64,000 nucleotides of DNA from the human T2T-CHM13v2.0 reference genome, Homo sapiens: NCBI RefSeq assembly GCF_009914755.1, contig NC_060928.1; one strand, 5' to 3'. The notes under the pieces were generated by a model, which worked only from the letters and a program-made list of their open reading frames with translations, was not told the origin of the DNA and made no database searches. Position 1 is the first letter of the stretch. Each line of letters opens with the position of its first letter. The translations under genes were made by a program, and so were the position numbers. Below are positions 13,291-26,895 of the stretch, piece after piece.

Positions 13291-13846
13291 TCTATATATT
13301 AAGAATATATTACATAGTATATTATTAATATGAAAACCGATAAATAAATACTATATTTGCTATTAAAAGTTTGTATTTTATGTTGTATTAATATTAACAT
13401 ATGAATAAATTAAAATTAATAGATTTTACAAGATCAATATGAATACATTAAAGTTACATTACAAATGTAAGTACCCTAATGTGGTCTTCTAGGCCCCAAA
13501 ATACACATTAGATTCCCTTGGTCCCTTATGTCATCATGCAATCTTTCTTCACAGATGCTAACTAGATATTCATTTATGTGGATACATATTTAATAAAATA
13601 AAAATTTGTTTAATTCCATTAGACTGGAAGCTTCATGAGAGCAGGTACCATCATCAATGATTCACATTTAGGACAAATTTAGCACATAGCATGCAATTAT
13701 AATTATTTCTTGTTCAAAAGCATTTTTGTATGTAAGTACAAACAACTTTTTTTTTTCCAAATTTCTCTTTACCTTTTAGTTGTATCTATGTTTCTTTTTA
13801 ACTTTCTCCTTGTGGCATTATTTTCTTCTAATGCTCTTATAGTTTT

Positions 13847-14304
13847 CTTTTTTTTTTTCTTCAACTTTTATTTTAAGTTCAGAGGTACATGTGCAGGATG
13901 TACAAGTTTGTTACATAGGTAAACTTGTGCCGTGGTGGTTTGCTGCACAGATCATCCCAATGCCTAGGTATTAAGCCCAGTATCCACTAGCTATTTTTCC
14001 TGCTGCTCTCTCTTCCCCAACCCCCTGCCTCCGATAAGCCCCAGTGTGAGTGTGGTAATTCCTCCCCATGTGTCCATGTGTTCTTATCATTCAGCTCCCA
14101 CTTATACCTGAGACCATGCGGCATTTGGTTTTCTGTTCCTGCCTTAGTTTGCTGAGGATAAGGGCTTCCAACTCCATCCATGTCCCTGCAAAGGACATGA
14201 TCTCATTCCATTTTATGACTGCATAGTATTCCGTGGTGTATAGATTCCACAGGTTTTTATCCAGTCTATAGCTGATGGACGTTTAGGTTGATTCATATTT
14301 TAGC
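13847..14304 (-). mobile_element. 5'-truncated L1 3' end (older L1PA, about L1PA12-15)
   Basis: Poly-T then ttttattttaagttcagaggtacatgtgcagg...gctgcacagatcatccc...ctaggtattaagcccag. Confidence 0.88.
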
Positions 14305-15786
14305 CATCTTTATTTCAATTTTAGAAAGTAATTATTTTGTTTAAATTTTGTTTTGTTTGGTTCCAAATAGTTTGCCATCTTTTTTCCAAGAGCTTTTATT
14401 AAATAAACTGTCCTTTCGCCCTTTCTTTGAAATACTACCTCTTTGTATAATAGATTATTTTATATGTACTTGGGTCTCTTATATTGTATTTGGCTCTGCT
14501 GCTCTATATGACAATGCCTTTGCTATTACTTGAATAGTGAAGTTATTGAAGTTTTACAATCTTCTTTATATTAGCCACTCATTCACTCTTGTTAATGCAT
14601 CATTAGATAGTATTACATTCTTTCAAGGACATACAAAAAGTCATCAAACCCCCTTCACCTCTCTAACCAAAAGAAATTTGAATGTATAATAATTTTATGA
14701 AATTGAAAAAAAGTAGATCAAAGAGAGCTACCAAAACAGATTTGGAATTTATAACAGTTTGCATAAAACACTAAAAATAGTGAGTTGTCATATGAAAATG
14801 TCATCTAGGGCCATGCAAATGTACTATTTATCTCAAAATAATTTTAGAGTCTACTAAACAGAATACTTAAGCATGAATAGAATCAGAAACACCTAACTTA
14901 CTGAAGCACATTGAAGGGAGATAAGCTGAGAGTATCTTGGAAAAGAAAATAACTTCTCAGTGTTATAAGCAGGGTTTGAATAGTGTATGCATGTAACTCA
15001 GAATGAGATGGATGATCACTTAAAAGGATTGATGGACATATGCAATGTAACGAGAACTGGAGAGATGTGATTTTCTTTGATTTAAGTAAATTAGGAAGTC
15101 ATTGTATATTAAATAGATTTAATGTGAAGCAAGAGAACGCTGGAAGTGATAACATTTAAGTGATGAATCCTCAGAAGAAGCTATGTAGGATTTATGACAG
15201 CTTCAAGCAGAGACAATATACTCTGTCAGAGCAACAACAAATTTAGAGAGTAGAAAGAGTGATATCTGGGGGCTTCAAGAGAGTGACAGGAGAGTTGTAG
15301 AATATTTGTATAAAAGTATTTGCAACTAAAGGCCAAGCATAGTTTGGTGAATGCAGATGACCTAGGGCTTCTGGTTAGGAGTCTTAAGAATGTTGACTGA
15401 AAGAGGAATTAAATCAACTGGTAGGTTTTGGAAACTGTTGAGCGAATGGAATCAGATAAAAGTGATACTAATGAGCTAGCCATATCCACAAGACATAAGT
15501 AAGTTTTCAAGTCAAATAAGCCAGGTAAGTGGTCAAAATTAACTTGATTTCTAGACAAGTAAAAGGAGGGGAAATGCTAACTGATGTGGAGGAATAAATT
15601 GCATAACTCATGAAAAGAGTAAGTAGGGAAGCAATAGATTTATTCACTTAGGCTAAAATAACGATCTCTATGTAAACTGATTTTAATAATTTTTTTCTAG
15701 TTTCCTAAACTGAAAAGATCAATGGGGGAACAGCCCAATTCATAAAATCCAAAAAAGCTTTTTGCTTCAGTAAGTACTATGAGATC

Positions 15787-15847
15787 CTTAATATAAGACT
15801 GAAAAAACAGTCTTATATTAAGCTTAGAGCCTTATATTAAGTTTAGA
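15787..15847. repeat. 15-bp perfect hairpin followed by a 17-bp direct repeat
   Basis: cttaatataagactg-aaaaaa-cagtcttatattaag, then cttatattaag(c/t)ttaga twice. Confidence 0.9.
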
Positions 15848-16264
15848 CTCTAAAAAGGGCTCCATTCTTGCAACTAGTCAAAGCCTCAGGAGCAATTTTC
15901 ATAAGATTAGTTCTAAATGCCCAGCCAAAGTTCTTGAGAACCAGCTACATATTCTTGGAAAACTAAGACCTTTTTCCCCTTCTTATGTTGTTGTTGTTGT
16001 TGTTTTTGTTTTTAATCTCCAGAGAGTCTGAAAAGTGATAAGAGAACAGCAGCCAAAATAAATAGTAAGAAAGCTTGAAACAAATATTGCTTTCCTTCAC
16101 TTCTGAACACACTTTTAATACTATGTAGATTTGTATATTGATATACATTTAAGAAATATAGACAGGTATGTAAGTATTTCAACATCCTATAGTGCTATAA
16201 TTTTTCATGATGATATTATGATTAGTCACATATCTCCTTCTAATTAGATCAAAGGCCAGGTCTT

Positions 16265-16735
16265 TATGCATTCATTCATTCATTTAATAAATATTTATTG
16301 AATTTCTACTATATGAAGCCTATTCCAGGCACAAGGATACAAGAGAGAAAATGAAATAACAAAAACTCTTTCCTTAGGAAATTTAAGAGATGAGACAAAA
16401 GCTAGAGATTACTGAAAACAGAATCAGATCAGGAGTAAAGGAGAGATGGATGTAATAGAGAAATATGCAACTACAATTTGTAGAGCTGGCAAGTGGGGAG
16501 AATGCTCAGTGTGTTTAAGGAACAGCAAGAAGGCCAGTGTTGCTGGAGCGTAGTGGGGCAGGGGAGGGGTAGGACCCAAGGGTGGGGAGGGACGGAGGAG
16601 CCAGATGGGTCATTAAGGCCTCAGAGGGGATTGTAGTAGTTTTAAGCAGAAGAGCCATGTGGTCTGACTCGTGTTTTAAAAGGATGCCTATGGTTGCTGT
16701 GGGTCAGTGTGGTGGGTGGGCAGACAGGGGCTAAA
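16265..16735 (-). mobile_element. L2 3' region
   Basis: cattcattcattcatttaataaatatttattga terminus; aaggaacagcaagaaggccagtgttgctggag body. Confidence 0.8.
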
Positions 16736-16764
16736 GGGACAGAATCATTCTCTTTGCGTCCGCA

Positions 16765-16845
16765 TTTCCTCGCCTGCCATATTGCCCAGCACACATTAGT
16801 GTTGCAATTAATGCTTATTGAGTGAGTGAATAAATGAATGAATAG
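16765..16845 (+). mobile_element. L2 3' terminus
   Basis: gcccagcacacattagtgttgcaattaatgcttattgagtgagtgaataaatgaatgaat. Confidence 0.6.
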
Positions 16846-17479
16846 CGTTATATGGCTGATGATAGGCTTTAAGAATATAATACATAGAAACTTCTTAAAT
16901 AATATAAGCTGTGATTTTGGATAACACAGATCATTACTGAGAAATTGTGTAAGTACTGAGCACCAGTTAAAGGATTCCCAGACCAATAATCCTGAACCAC
17001 TGTTAACTTTACCAGATCCTTTTAAGTGTAGTGAACTGGGTCCAGAATATTATTAGAGTAGTTATCAGGAAAAGTGTCAAAGATGATCACAGACCTGATT
17101 GATCATAAAACAATTGCACTAAGTGACTTGAATAAAGTAGTGATCCCTTCAGTAGAAATTGTTATTGACTACTGTAATTAAGATATTAAACTTCATACGC
17201 ACTTTACCATGAGTAATCCGACTAAATAAACCACCATCCTTCCTGTGCATTATAATTTAGAAATTCATCACAGAACAATCTTGATAAGAAAGCTTCATTC
17301 TTGTTCTTGAGTCACTGAAAACGTTAAGTTGAAGAGAAAAAGGTTTTAAATTTTAAAAGTGTTTATTTCTTCTTATTCAACTATAGGTTTGAAAAACAAG
17401 GATTTTTAACTCCTTTAATAGTAACCCCCACCTCCCTCATTTTTGGAAAACGAATTATACAAACAAGCTTCTAAAGAAA

Positions 17480-18060
17480 AGAAATGCTTCAGAACTGAGC
17501 AGAAGATGTGTTCTCCTGGTAAAAGAGAAAATGAAAAGCGGCACACCTGCTTCCAGCTGGGCCCCCCTTTGCAAATCTCACACAGCCTCTCCATGTGAAG
17601 TCTTGTCCAAGTCAAACAAGTAGCAATTTTAAAGTAGCACCTAAAGAGGAACTTGGGCAGGATTTGCCAGCAAAACCCCAGACCCTAAAAGTTCCTGCTG
17701 TACAGGCTTTATTTTCATTTCCTTGACCCATTTGCAGAGACTTGTTACTGATGGCCGGCTGGGCCTCCCTGTACACAGCACACGAATAATAAACAGAGGC
17801 CAGCTGACACCCAGAGACACCTGCAGAGTACTCACAGTGCAGGATTGTTCATCCAAGGGGAAACATTTTGATGGGGAGGTGGATGCATAGCCATCCCCTG
17901 GCTCAGTACACAACACACACACACACACACACACTCACAGACACGCCTGAAAGAAGTCTACCATGGACTCTCCTGAGGGCCTGCTGACCTGCCAAGAGAG
18001 CTAATAAAAAAGAACCGCTGACGATGGTAGCAATGTGTGAAAAGGCCTCTGTAGGTAGTC
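17480..18060. promoter_or_regulatory. Candidate enhancer-like unique GC-richer segment
   Basis: Paired E-boxes at 17544/17554 and 17801/17818, forkhead-like aataaaca at 17788, adjacent (CA)n; motif evidence only. Confidence 0.3.
17908..17939. repeat. (CA)n microsatellite
   Basis: Direct reading. Confidence 0.95.
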
Positions 18061-19649
18061 ATCCCCTTGTATCCCAAGCACTTGGACTTGGTGAAATTAA
18101 TTTTTCAGAAGTTTGGTAGAAACTTCATGCAAGCCTTTGCACAAATACTTTAATGCACTGAGCTTATTATTCCAGTTTTTCGGGATCCAACTTCTTATTT
18201 ATTCATAAATTACATATTTGCCAATGAAAATACTTTGTTGAAGGTCTGATCAAGCAGGTGCATTCAAGTAGCCTGAAAAGCCTTCACTAACATTTGAAAA
18301 CTTTTCAGAACTGGATTTCTTGGAATTGACAAGAAAAGCCTTTTTTTAAATTCCATGAATTCACGTTTGAAATATTTTTATAAATAATTCAGAAAATATG
18401 ATTTAAGTTAGTGATAGATCAAGGGTAATATATACAATAACATTCACCATATGATGAGAGTAGTTTGTTTCAAATCTATTTAAATATAATAATTAACATC
18501 TTTAAGGAGCCTGCTCAGTATTTAAAATATTCAGTACATTCAATGTTTTTCACTAATGTTTATTCATCATAGGAGAAATAAAGAAAAGCTGATTTTATAA
18601 CTGTGCAGCTTCAAAGACCTAAGATTCAGTTCACTTATCATAATATTTTTGAACTGGATAAGATCTATGAGAGCATAAGCACAGAAAAATTATTGAACCC
18701 AAAGTTGTAACATGATGTAACCAAGGACCCCGTAAGAGGAAGAGAGTTACCATAAAAACTGGATTCCCATATTCTAATACAATGTGCTTATTCTAGGAAA
18801 TTGTGCAGCCTGATTTATCAATGATACAGTAATCTTCTGTAAGAAAAATGAGGAATTGGCCCACACTGCACACTATCTCTAAAATTATGGTTGAGTGATT
18901 CTAGCATATTGAAATATTTTGTTTTTGTCTCTTTTTTTTTCTTGTTACCAAAGTGCATCTTTCTGATGTTTTTTAAAACCACTTACGTGAAGTTTTAGGA
19001 ATAGTCCAAACCATTCTTGGACAAGGGAGAACACACCAGCTGCATTTTAAGCAGCAATGCAGCTGTATAAAGTATGTGAGCATGACCTGAAGCTGGAAAA
19101 AAGCCAGTTTGTCTTAAAGAATTCCACCTGGACCTACTTAGCACCTCCTATCTTGCCCTAACCTAAACACATGCCCTTGGTCTCCTCAGGGACAGGAATG
19201 GAACCTGGGAGAGAAAGAGGCTTAGGACTCAGTTTGTGTTGGCAAGATTGTTCCAGGGCTTTTCTATTTCCTGTCTCACCCTAGTTTAGGCCTTCACCTG
19301 CCTCCCTCTTTGCTCCAACAGACAACTAAAACTCAGGGCCAGTAATTACATTATATATTGATAAATCAGAAAGTACAGCATTTCCCCCATTTTTAAAATT
19401 GTTTTTATGAAAAAATCCAAGGAGACCCAGAGACCTCCTTTTATTGCATGTAAACAGGACAGTAAATAACTGGGCTGCAATTCTTATGTAGGTACATTGG
19501 CTCAGCTAATTAAGGAAAAATTTTCATTTTCATATTCATCTGTATACTTGCCCTTAAATAAAGACACTACTGTCTTTCATCCAGTAGCTGAAATGATACT
19601 AAAGTTATTAAAATTCTTTAAGGAGCATCTTCAGGAACCTCATTATGTT

Positions 19650-19890
19650 TTCATACATTAATTCAACAAATGCTAATTACAATAGCTTATGCTGACTGAA
19701 TATCTACCTTATGCCTGGTACTACGTTAAGTACTCTGCATAGATATCATGTAACTGTTATAGCAATGCATGAAGTAAGTACTATCCTTATCCCCCTTTTC
19801 TAGATAAGGGTACTAAGGTTCAGGGAGGTTAAGTTACCAGCACAAGTTTACCTAGCACTAATTTATAGAATTAGTATTTGAGTAGAGCCT
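19650..19890 (-). mobile_element. MIR with adjacent L2 terminus
   Basis: ccccttttctagataagggtactaaggttcagggaggttaagttacc is an antisense MIR core. Confidence 0.75.
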
Positions 19891-20111
19891 TTTGTAAAAA
19901 TGTTAATGATAGATTCTATGAACCTGCTGTGTAAGGGTTTGCTATAATTTTTTTAATGTTTCAAATTTATAAATTTTTATAATAAAATGTCAGAAGGCAA
20001 ACCACTTTTATTTTCATTCCCATAAAACTTTTATTGATACAATGTGTTGTGCCTCATTTGATATTTATTTGGAATGACATTATAAGCATCAATGCAAAAT
20101 ATAGGTACTAA

Positions 20112-23100
20112 GAAGATTCTAATAGGTTGATGGAGTAGGAAGCACCAGGAATCTGTCTTCCCACCTAGACAACAATCACATTGGCAGATTGGTTTTGTAT
20201 GAATACTTTGGAACTTTTAAGTCTATTGAAGGCTTTAAGCTTTCAGGAGATGTCTTGCCAATAAATTGTAGTTAATTGTAGTAAATTTTAGTTTTTTGCT
20301 CAGCAGTGGCTACCCATCCTCTACCTCCAACCAAATTGCAGGTAGCTGTGCATGTTTATGGCGCAGTTTATACACGGTTTCAGCAGCTAGAGTGGGCAAA
20401 AAGAACCTTGTTCTTCAGGTATTGGGAATTTGTGCTCTGATCACAGAAGTACAGACACATAGGTAGGCAGCTATTGTTGCACACACCCTCCTTCTGCATG
20501 ATTGTAAGCTCCTCCCCCTCTGACTAAAATAACTAAGGGATCTAAAGGGCCAGTGCCTCGTACTCTCCCTTCATTTTTATTTTTCCCCTTTTTAGAGCCA
20601 GACATTAGAGACCAGGATATTTAAAAGACCAGGATATGTATGAGAGAAATTAGAAAGTCACTGCACATGGTCAGGGAAATGTGTAGAATCAGAAAAGATG
20701 TGAGAGGACCTTAAGTTTACATGTCAGGCATGACATGAAGATGAAGACATGTTAAAGCCAATAAAAAATGAAACATAATGAAGACAAAAAACAAACAAAA
20801 ACAAAACCCCTGGGAAAGAGAGAAAGTTTTATCTCTAGTTTCAACACATCATTAGTTTCAAATATCCAGTTTTTAACAAAAGATTCACAGGGCATACAAA
20901 GAAACAAAGTATAGCCCATTCAAAGGAACAAAAAATTTCTCCAGAAAGAGTGACCAGATGTCAGACCTACTAGACAAAGACTTTCCTAAAAGTCTTTGCT
21001 ATCTTAAAGATACTCAGAGAACTAAATAAAGACATGGATAATGTCAAGAAAAGAATGTATATAAAAATGTATATATCAACAAAGAGATATAAACCTAAAA
21101 AGAAACCAACAAGATGTTCTGCAGCTAAAAAATACAATAACTGAAATAAAACATTTACTAGAGAGCCTAAAAGGCAAATTTCAACAAGCAGAAGAGTGAA
21201 TCACTGAACTTGAAGATAAGACACTGGAAATTATTATGTCCGAGGAAAAGAAAAAAAATGATTGAAAAAAGGTAAACAATGCCTAAGAGACTGGTGGGAT
21301 ATCTTCAAGCAAACCAACAAATGCAATATGAAAGGATCAGAAGGACACTAGAAAGAAAAACAGATTATTTGAAAAAACAGTAGCCAAAAGCATCTCAAGT
21401 TTGATGAAAGACATGCATATAAACATATGAGTAACTTAAGAAATATGGTTCTTCCTGAGACACATTGTAATCAAACTGTTGCCAGCCAAAGACAATTATA
21501 AAATTCTTAAAACAACAAGAGAGAAGCAACAATTCACATACAAGAGATTTTCAGCAAAAGTATCAACATATTTTCCATCAGAAACTTTTGAGGTCAGAAG
21601 GCAGTGAACTAATTTTAAAGGTGCTCAAATAAAAAAAAAGTCAACCAAGAATCCTATATCCAGCAAAATAGTCTTCAAAAGTACAGAAGAAATTAGGACA
21701 TTCCCAGATAAGCAAAAGCAGAGGGAGCTTATTACTACTAGACCTGTTGTGCAAGAAATTATTAAGGGAGTCCTGGAGAGTAAAATGAAAGGACAATAGA
21801 TAGTAACTTGAAGCCATATGAAGAAATAAATATCTCAGGACAGGTAAACATATGAACATTTATAAAGGCTAGTATTGTTATAAAAATGGTTTGTAACTCC
21901 ACTTTTTGTCTACATTAAAGACACCAATAAATTGTTTTAAAAATAATTATTAGTCCAAAAACTAGTATTATTGTAACTTTGGTGGTAATTTTACATTTTG
22001 TTTTCTACTTAATATAAGAGAAAAATGCATTAAGCAAACAATTATTAGTTTATATTTTTGAGCAGACATGTATAAAGGTGTAATGTTGTGATAACGATAA
22101 TGAAAGGAGTGAGGATGAAACTGTATAAAAGCAGTTTTTGCATATCATTGAAGTTCAGCTGATATAAATTCAAATTAGAGCATAATAACTTTAATATATC
22201 AAATGTAATCAATCCCCATCATAAGCACAAACCAAGTAGTTATGTAATATACACAAGAGAACATGAAATGATAGTTAAAATATTTCACTAGAAAAAAAAC
22301 AGAAGACAGTAATGCACAAAATGAGGGACAAAAAATCTTAAAAGGCTTATAGACAACAATTATCAAAAGGACAGAAGTTTCTTCTTATCAGTAATTATTT
22401 TAAATGTAAATAGACTAAACATTCCAATCAAGAGATTAAAACAATCAAAAAAGAGAATAAAACAATCAAAAAAGGTTATGAGGAACAGGAAGAACATTAT
22501 TTATTAATAAAAGGTTTAATATAGCAAGAATATATAATAGTTATAAATATTTACATACCTAATAATAGAACATCAAAAATGTATGAAGCAAAAATTGACA
22601 GGATTGAAGGCAGATATAGACAGTTCCACAGTAATAGTTCAATGCCCCACACTCAGTAATGAATAGGACATCCAGAAAGAAGATAAGTAAGATAATAGAG
22701 CACTTGACACAATAAAATAGCTAAATCTAATAGACATATGCAAGAACATTACAGCCACTACCAACATAATACACAATTTTCCTAAGTGCATGTGGGACAT
22801 TGTCCATGATAGTTTATATATTAGTCCACAAATTAAATCTCAGTAGATTTTAAAAGGTAGATATCATACAAAATATTTTCTCTAACAATCCTTGGATGAA
22901 GTTAGACATGAATAATTGAAGGAAGACTGGAAAATATCCTGCAACTCTGTGGAAATGAAACAACACATTCTTAAACCACCAATGGATCAAAAAATAAATA
23001 ACAAGGGAAATCAGAAAATACTTGGAGACAAATGAAAATGAAAACAGCATACCAAAATTTATGTGATACAGTGACAAATGCTTACATTAAAACAGAGATC

Positions 23101-26100
23101 TCAAATTAACAACCCAACATTATAAGTTGTTGAATTAGAAAAAGAAAACAAACCAAAGGAGAGTTCATATAAATCTATCTGAAACTTAAAAATATATATT
23201 TAATAGGAAGGAACTTCTTTAAATGCCCTCACTTTAGGAGTCTATTATTAATCAGATACCAAAGTCAAATACACTGCAAGAAAACTGTAGACCACTATCC
23301 CTTATAAACATTGATACAAATATCCTTAACAAAATGCTAGAAAACTGATTTTAACAGCATATTACAATGATTATACATCATGACCAAGTGGGATTTATTC
23401 TTTGAATAAAAGGATGGCTTAAGCATGATCAACACAAAAATTGATCAATGTAGTACATCACATTAACAGAATGAAGAAAAAAATCATATGGCCATCTCAA
23501 TTGATGAAGAAAAAGCATTCAACAAAACTTGACTCTCTTTCATGATAAAAACACTCAGCAAACTAGGAATAAAAGTAAACCACCAACAACTAAAAACCAT
23601 ATATAAAAAACCCACAGCAAATATCATGAAAGACTGAAAGTTTTTTCTCTAAGATCAGGAATAAATTATAGATGCTGACATTCACCACTTCTATTTAACA
23701 TACTACTAGAAGTCCTGGTCAAAGCAATTAAACAAAACAAATAAATAAAAAGCATCCAACTTGGAAAGGAGGAATAAAATTATCTCTGCTTATAGGTGAT
23801 ATGATGTTATATGTAGAAAACCCTACAGGTTCCACTAATATGTCTTAAAACTAATAAATAAATTCAGCAAACTAGCAAGATACAAAGTCAACAGAAAAAT
23901 ATCCGTTGCATTTCTGTACATGAACACTGAGCAATCTGCAAAGGAAATTAAGACAATAGTTTTGTTTATAATAATATGAAATAGAATAAAATACTTAGGA
24001 ATTAACCACAGTGGTTAACAACCTATACAGTGAAAACTACAAAGCATTTCTGAAAGAAATTAAAGAATATATAAACAAATAAGAAGGCATCCCATGTTCA
24101 TGGAGCGAAAGACAGTATTGATAAAATGTTCGTATTATGGAAGACAATGTACAGATTCAATGCAATCCTTATCATAATTGCAATGACATTTTTTTTTGCA
24201 AAAATAGAAAAGTCCTTTCTGAAATTCATATGGAATCTCAAGGGACCTGGAAGAGCCAAAACAATTTTGAAAAAATAAGAACAAATTTGGAGGACTTTGT
24301 GATTTCAAAACTTACTAAAAAGCTATGGAAATCAAAATAGTGTGATACTGGCACAGAAGCAGACATATAGATCAATGGAATAGAAAAGTCGAAAAATAAA
24401 CCTTCGCCTATGTGGTCAAATGATTTTTCACAAGAGTACCAAAACCAAAGATACAGTTTGGATATTCCTCCCCACCTAAATCTTGCATTGAATTGTAATC
24501 CCCAATGCTGGAGGCAGGGCTTGGTAGGAGGTGTTTGGATCATGAAACTGGTTCCCTCATGGCTTATTGCTGTCTTCATGATAGTGAGTTCTCATGACAT
24601 CTGGTCATTTAAAAGTGTGTAGCCCCTCCCCCTACCCTGATTCTCTCTCATTTGCTCCTGCCTGCTCCCCCTTCACCTTCAACCATGATTGTAAGCTTCC
24701 TGAAGCCTCCCTAGAAATTGAGCAGATGGCAGCACCTGTTCCTCCAAAACCTGAAAAACCATGAGCCAATTAAACATCTTTTCTTTATAAATTACCCAGT
24801 CTCAGATATTTCTTTATAGCACTGCAAGAATGGCCTAACACAACCATTCAATGGGGAATAAATAATGTTTTTAGTGAATGGTGTTGGGAAAACTCAGTAT
24901 CTGCATGCAAAAAATGAAGTTGGACTCTTAACTAACATCACATAAAAAAATTAACAAAATTGATCAAAGACCTAAATGTAAGAGCTAAAATTATAAAATT
25001 CCTGGAAGAAAACATGGGGCCAAATCTTCATAACACTATATTTGCAATGGAGAAAATATGACACCAAAGGCACAGGTAAAAAAAGAAAAAATGGACAAAT
25101 TGGGCCACGAACATTAAAAACTTTTGTACATTAAAGGACACTATCAAGAGTAAAGAGGCAACCTACAGAATAGGAGAAAATAATTGCAAATCATATATCT
25201 GATAAGGAATTAATATTCAGAATATATAGTGAATTTCTAAAACTCAACAACAAAAAAACAAATAACCCAATTCAAAAGTATAAAAGGACTTGATTAGAAA
25301 TTTCTCCAAAGAAGATACAGGAATGGATAATGAACACATGAAAAGACTCTCAATATCACTAATCATTAGAGAAATGCAAATAAAAACCACAATGAGATGA
25401 TAATTTTCACCCATTAGGATGGATACTATCAAGCAAAACAGAAAATAAATATTGGTGAGGATGTGGAGAAATTGGAACTCTTGTGCATTGTTAGTGCAAA
25501 TGTTAACTAGTATAGAGGTTGTAGAAACCAGTATGGCATTTCCTCAAAAATATTGAAAATAGAATTACCATATGATCCAGCAATTTGATTTCTAAGTATG
25601 TAAGTAATATAATTGAAGTCAACATATTGAAGGGATATTATATACCCATGTTCATAGCAGCATTAATCGTAATAGCTACAACATGAAAACAATCCAAGTG
25701 TTCATTCATTGGCAAATAAGTGGATAAACAAAATACGGTATATACATACAATGGAATATTATTTAGCATTAACAAGCAAATCCTGACAAATGCTACAACA
25801 TAGATGATCTTTACGGACATTATGCTAAGTGAAATAAGCTAGTGACAAAAAGACAAATATACTGTATGATTCCGCTTATATGAGGTAGCTTAAGTAGTAA
25901 AACTCAGACAGAAAGTAGAGTGGTGGCTACCAGAGGCTAGGGGAAGGCAGGGAATGGGAGCTTATTGCTTAAAGGGTATAGAATTGCAGTTTTGTAAGAT
26001 GAAAATAACTGTAGAGATAGATGGTGGTAATGATTGTACAACATGAATGTGTCCAATACCCATGCACTTAAAAATGGTTACAATGGTAAATTTTAGGTTA

Positions 26101-26120
26101 CATGTATTTTACAGTGAAAA
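20112..26120 (+). mobile_element. Near full-length ancient LINE-1 (L1MB-type 3' end), decayed, with internal deletions
   Basis: Colinear 5'UTR (gatggagtaggaagcaccagg), ORF1-like, ORF2-like (catgaccaagtgggatttattc) and 3'UTR (cacttaaaaatggttacaatggtaaatttt) segments; degenerate 17-bp flanking direct repeat. Confidence 0.85.
24449..24842 (+). mobile_element. MSTB solo LTR nested in the L1MB ORF2
   Basis: gatacagtttggatatt...aaattacccagtctcagatatttctttatagc...ggcctaacaca; 5-bp TSD accaa/accat; L1 text resumes in register. Confidence 0.92.
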
Positions 26121-26269
26121 CAAAATGCAGGCACTAAAATGCAAAGTCATCTAGCTATTCCAGAGTGTGTTTTTCTTTTCATAGATTGTCACAAAACTAA
26201 GAAAAGTTATAGAATGCCCAGTTGTCAAATAACGAATGTGAAAATCATCCAGATCCCCATACCTCAGTA

Positions 26270-26895
26270 TGAAATGCACTAAAATGGATAAATAATTAAA
26301 TTACAATAAAATATGATATGTATTATGATAGGGAACAGGTCCCTTTACAAGTCCATAGAAAAATATTTAAGGCTATTCAAGGGGAAGAATAATCTTCCAG
26401 AGGAAGTACAGAATGAGTATATTTTAGTTATACTCTCTGAGGAGAGGTAGGTTTAGGCAGAAGGAAATCATATACATAAACCTGGTCCAAGATAGAGTCT
26501 GGCATATTCTAAGAATGAATGGCTGGAGCTTAAAGTATGCAACAGAAGTGTAGAAAGAGACAAGATTCTAGGCTTCGGCAGGGACCAAAATGAGGATGAT
26601 CTTGTAAGCCATGTTAGGAAGGCCAAACTATCTCAAGGGCAGGAGTTGGACATTAAAGAAGTTGAGCAGGACTCAACTTGGAATGTTAGATCACTCTGGC
26701 AGCAGGCAGAACAAGTGAGCCAGCAAATGAGTAACTTGACTAATTGTGTTAATCCAGGTAGGCAAGAGTTGATATTGGCTAGGTCAGTGGCAACAAGAAT
26801 GGATACAAATGGACAAAACTCAAGATAATTAACAAGTGGCAGGGTCAAAAAATGATGACTACCTGTGAGAAGAGCAAGGAATTAAGAATGATAAT
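26270..26895 (-). mobile_element. L2 fragment
   Basis: Purine-rich antisense L2 text, e.g. gatcttgtaagccatgttaggaagg. Confidence 0.6.

Noticed and set aside
16555-16596. G-run cluster (potential G-quadruplex)
   Set aside because: Inside a decayed L2, with no supporting context
22430-22475. ~21-bp tandem duplication, and similar short ones near 20610, 29018 and 35325
   Set aside because: Ordinary slippage duplications with no spacers; not CRISPR-like or functional arrays
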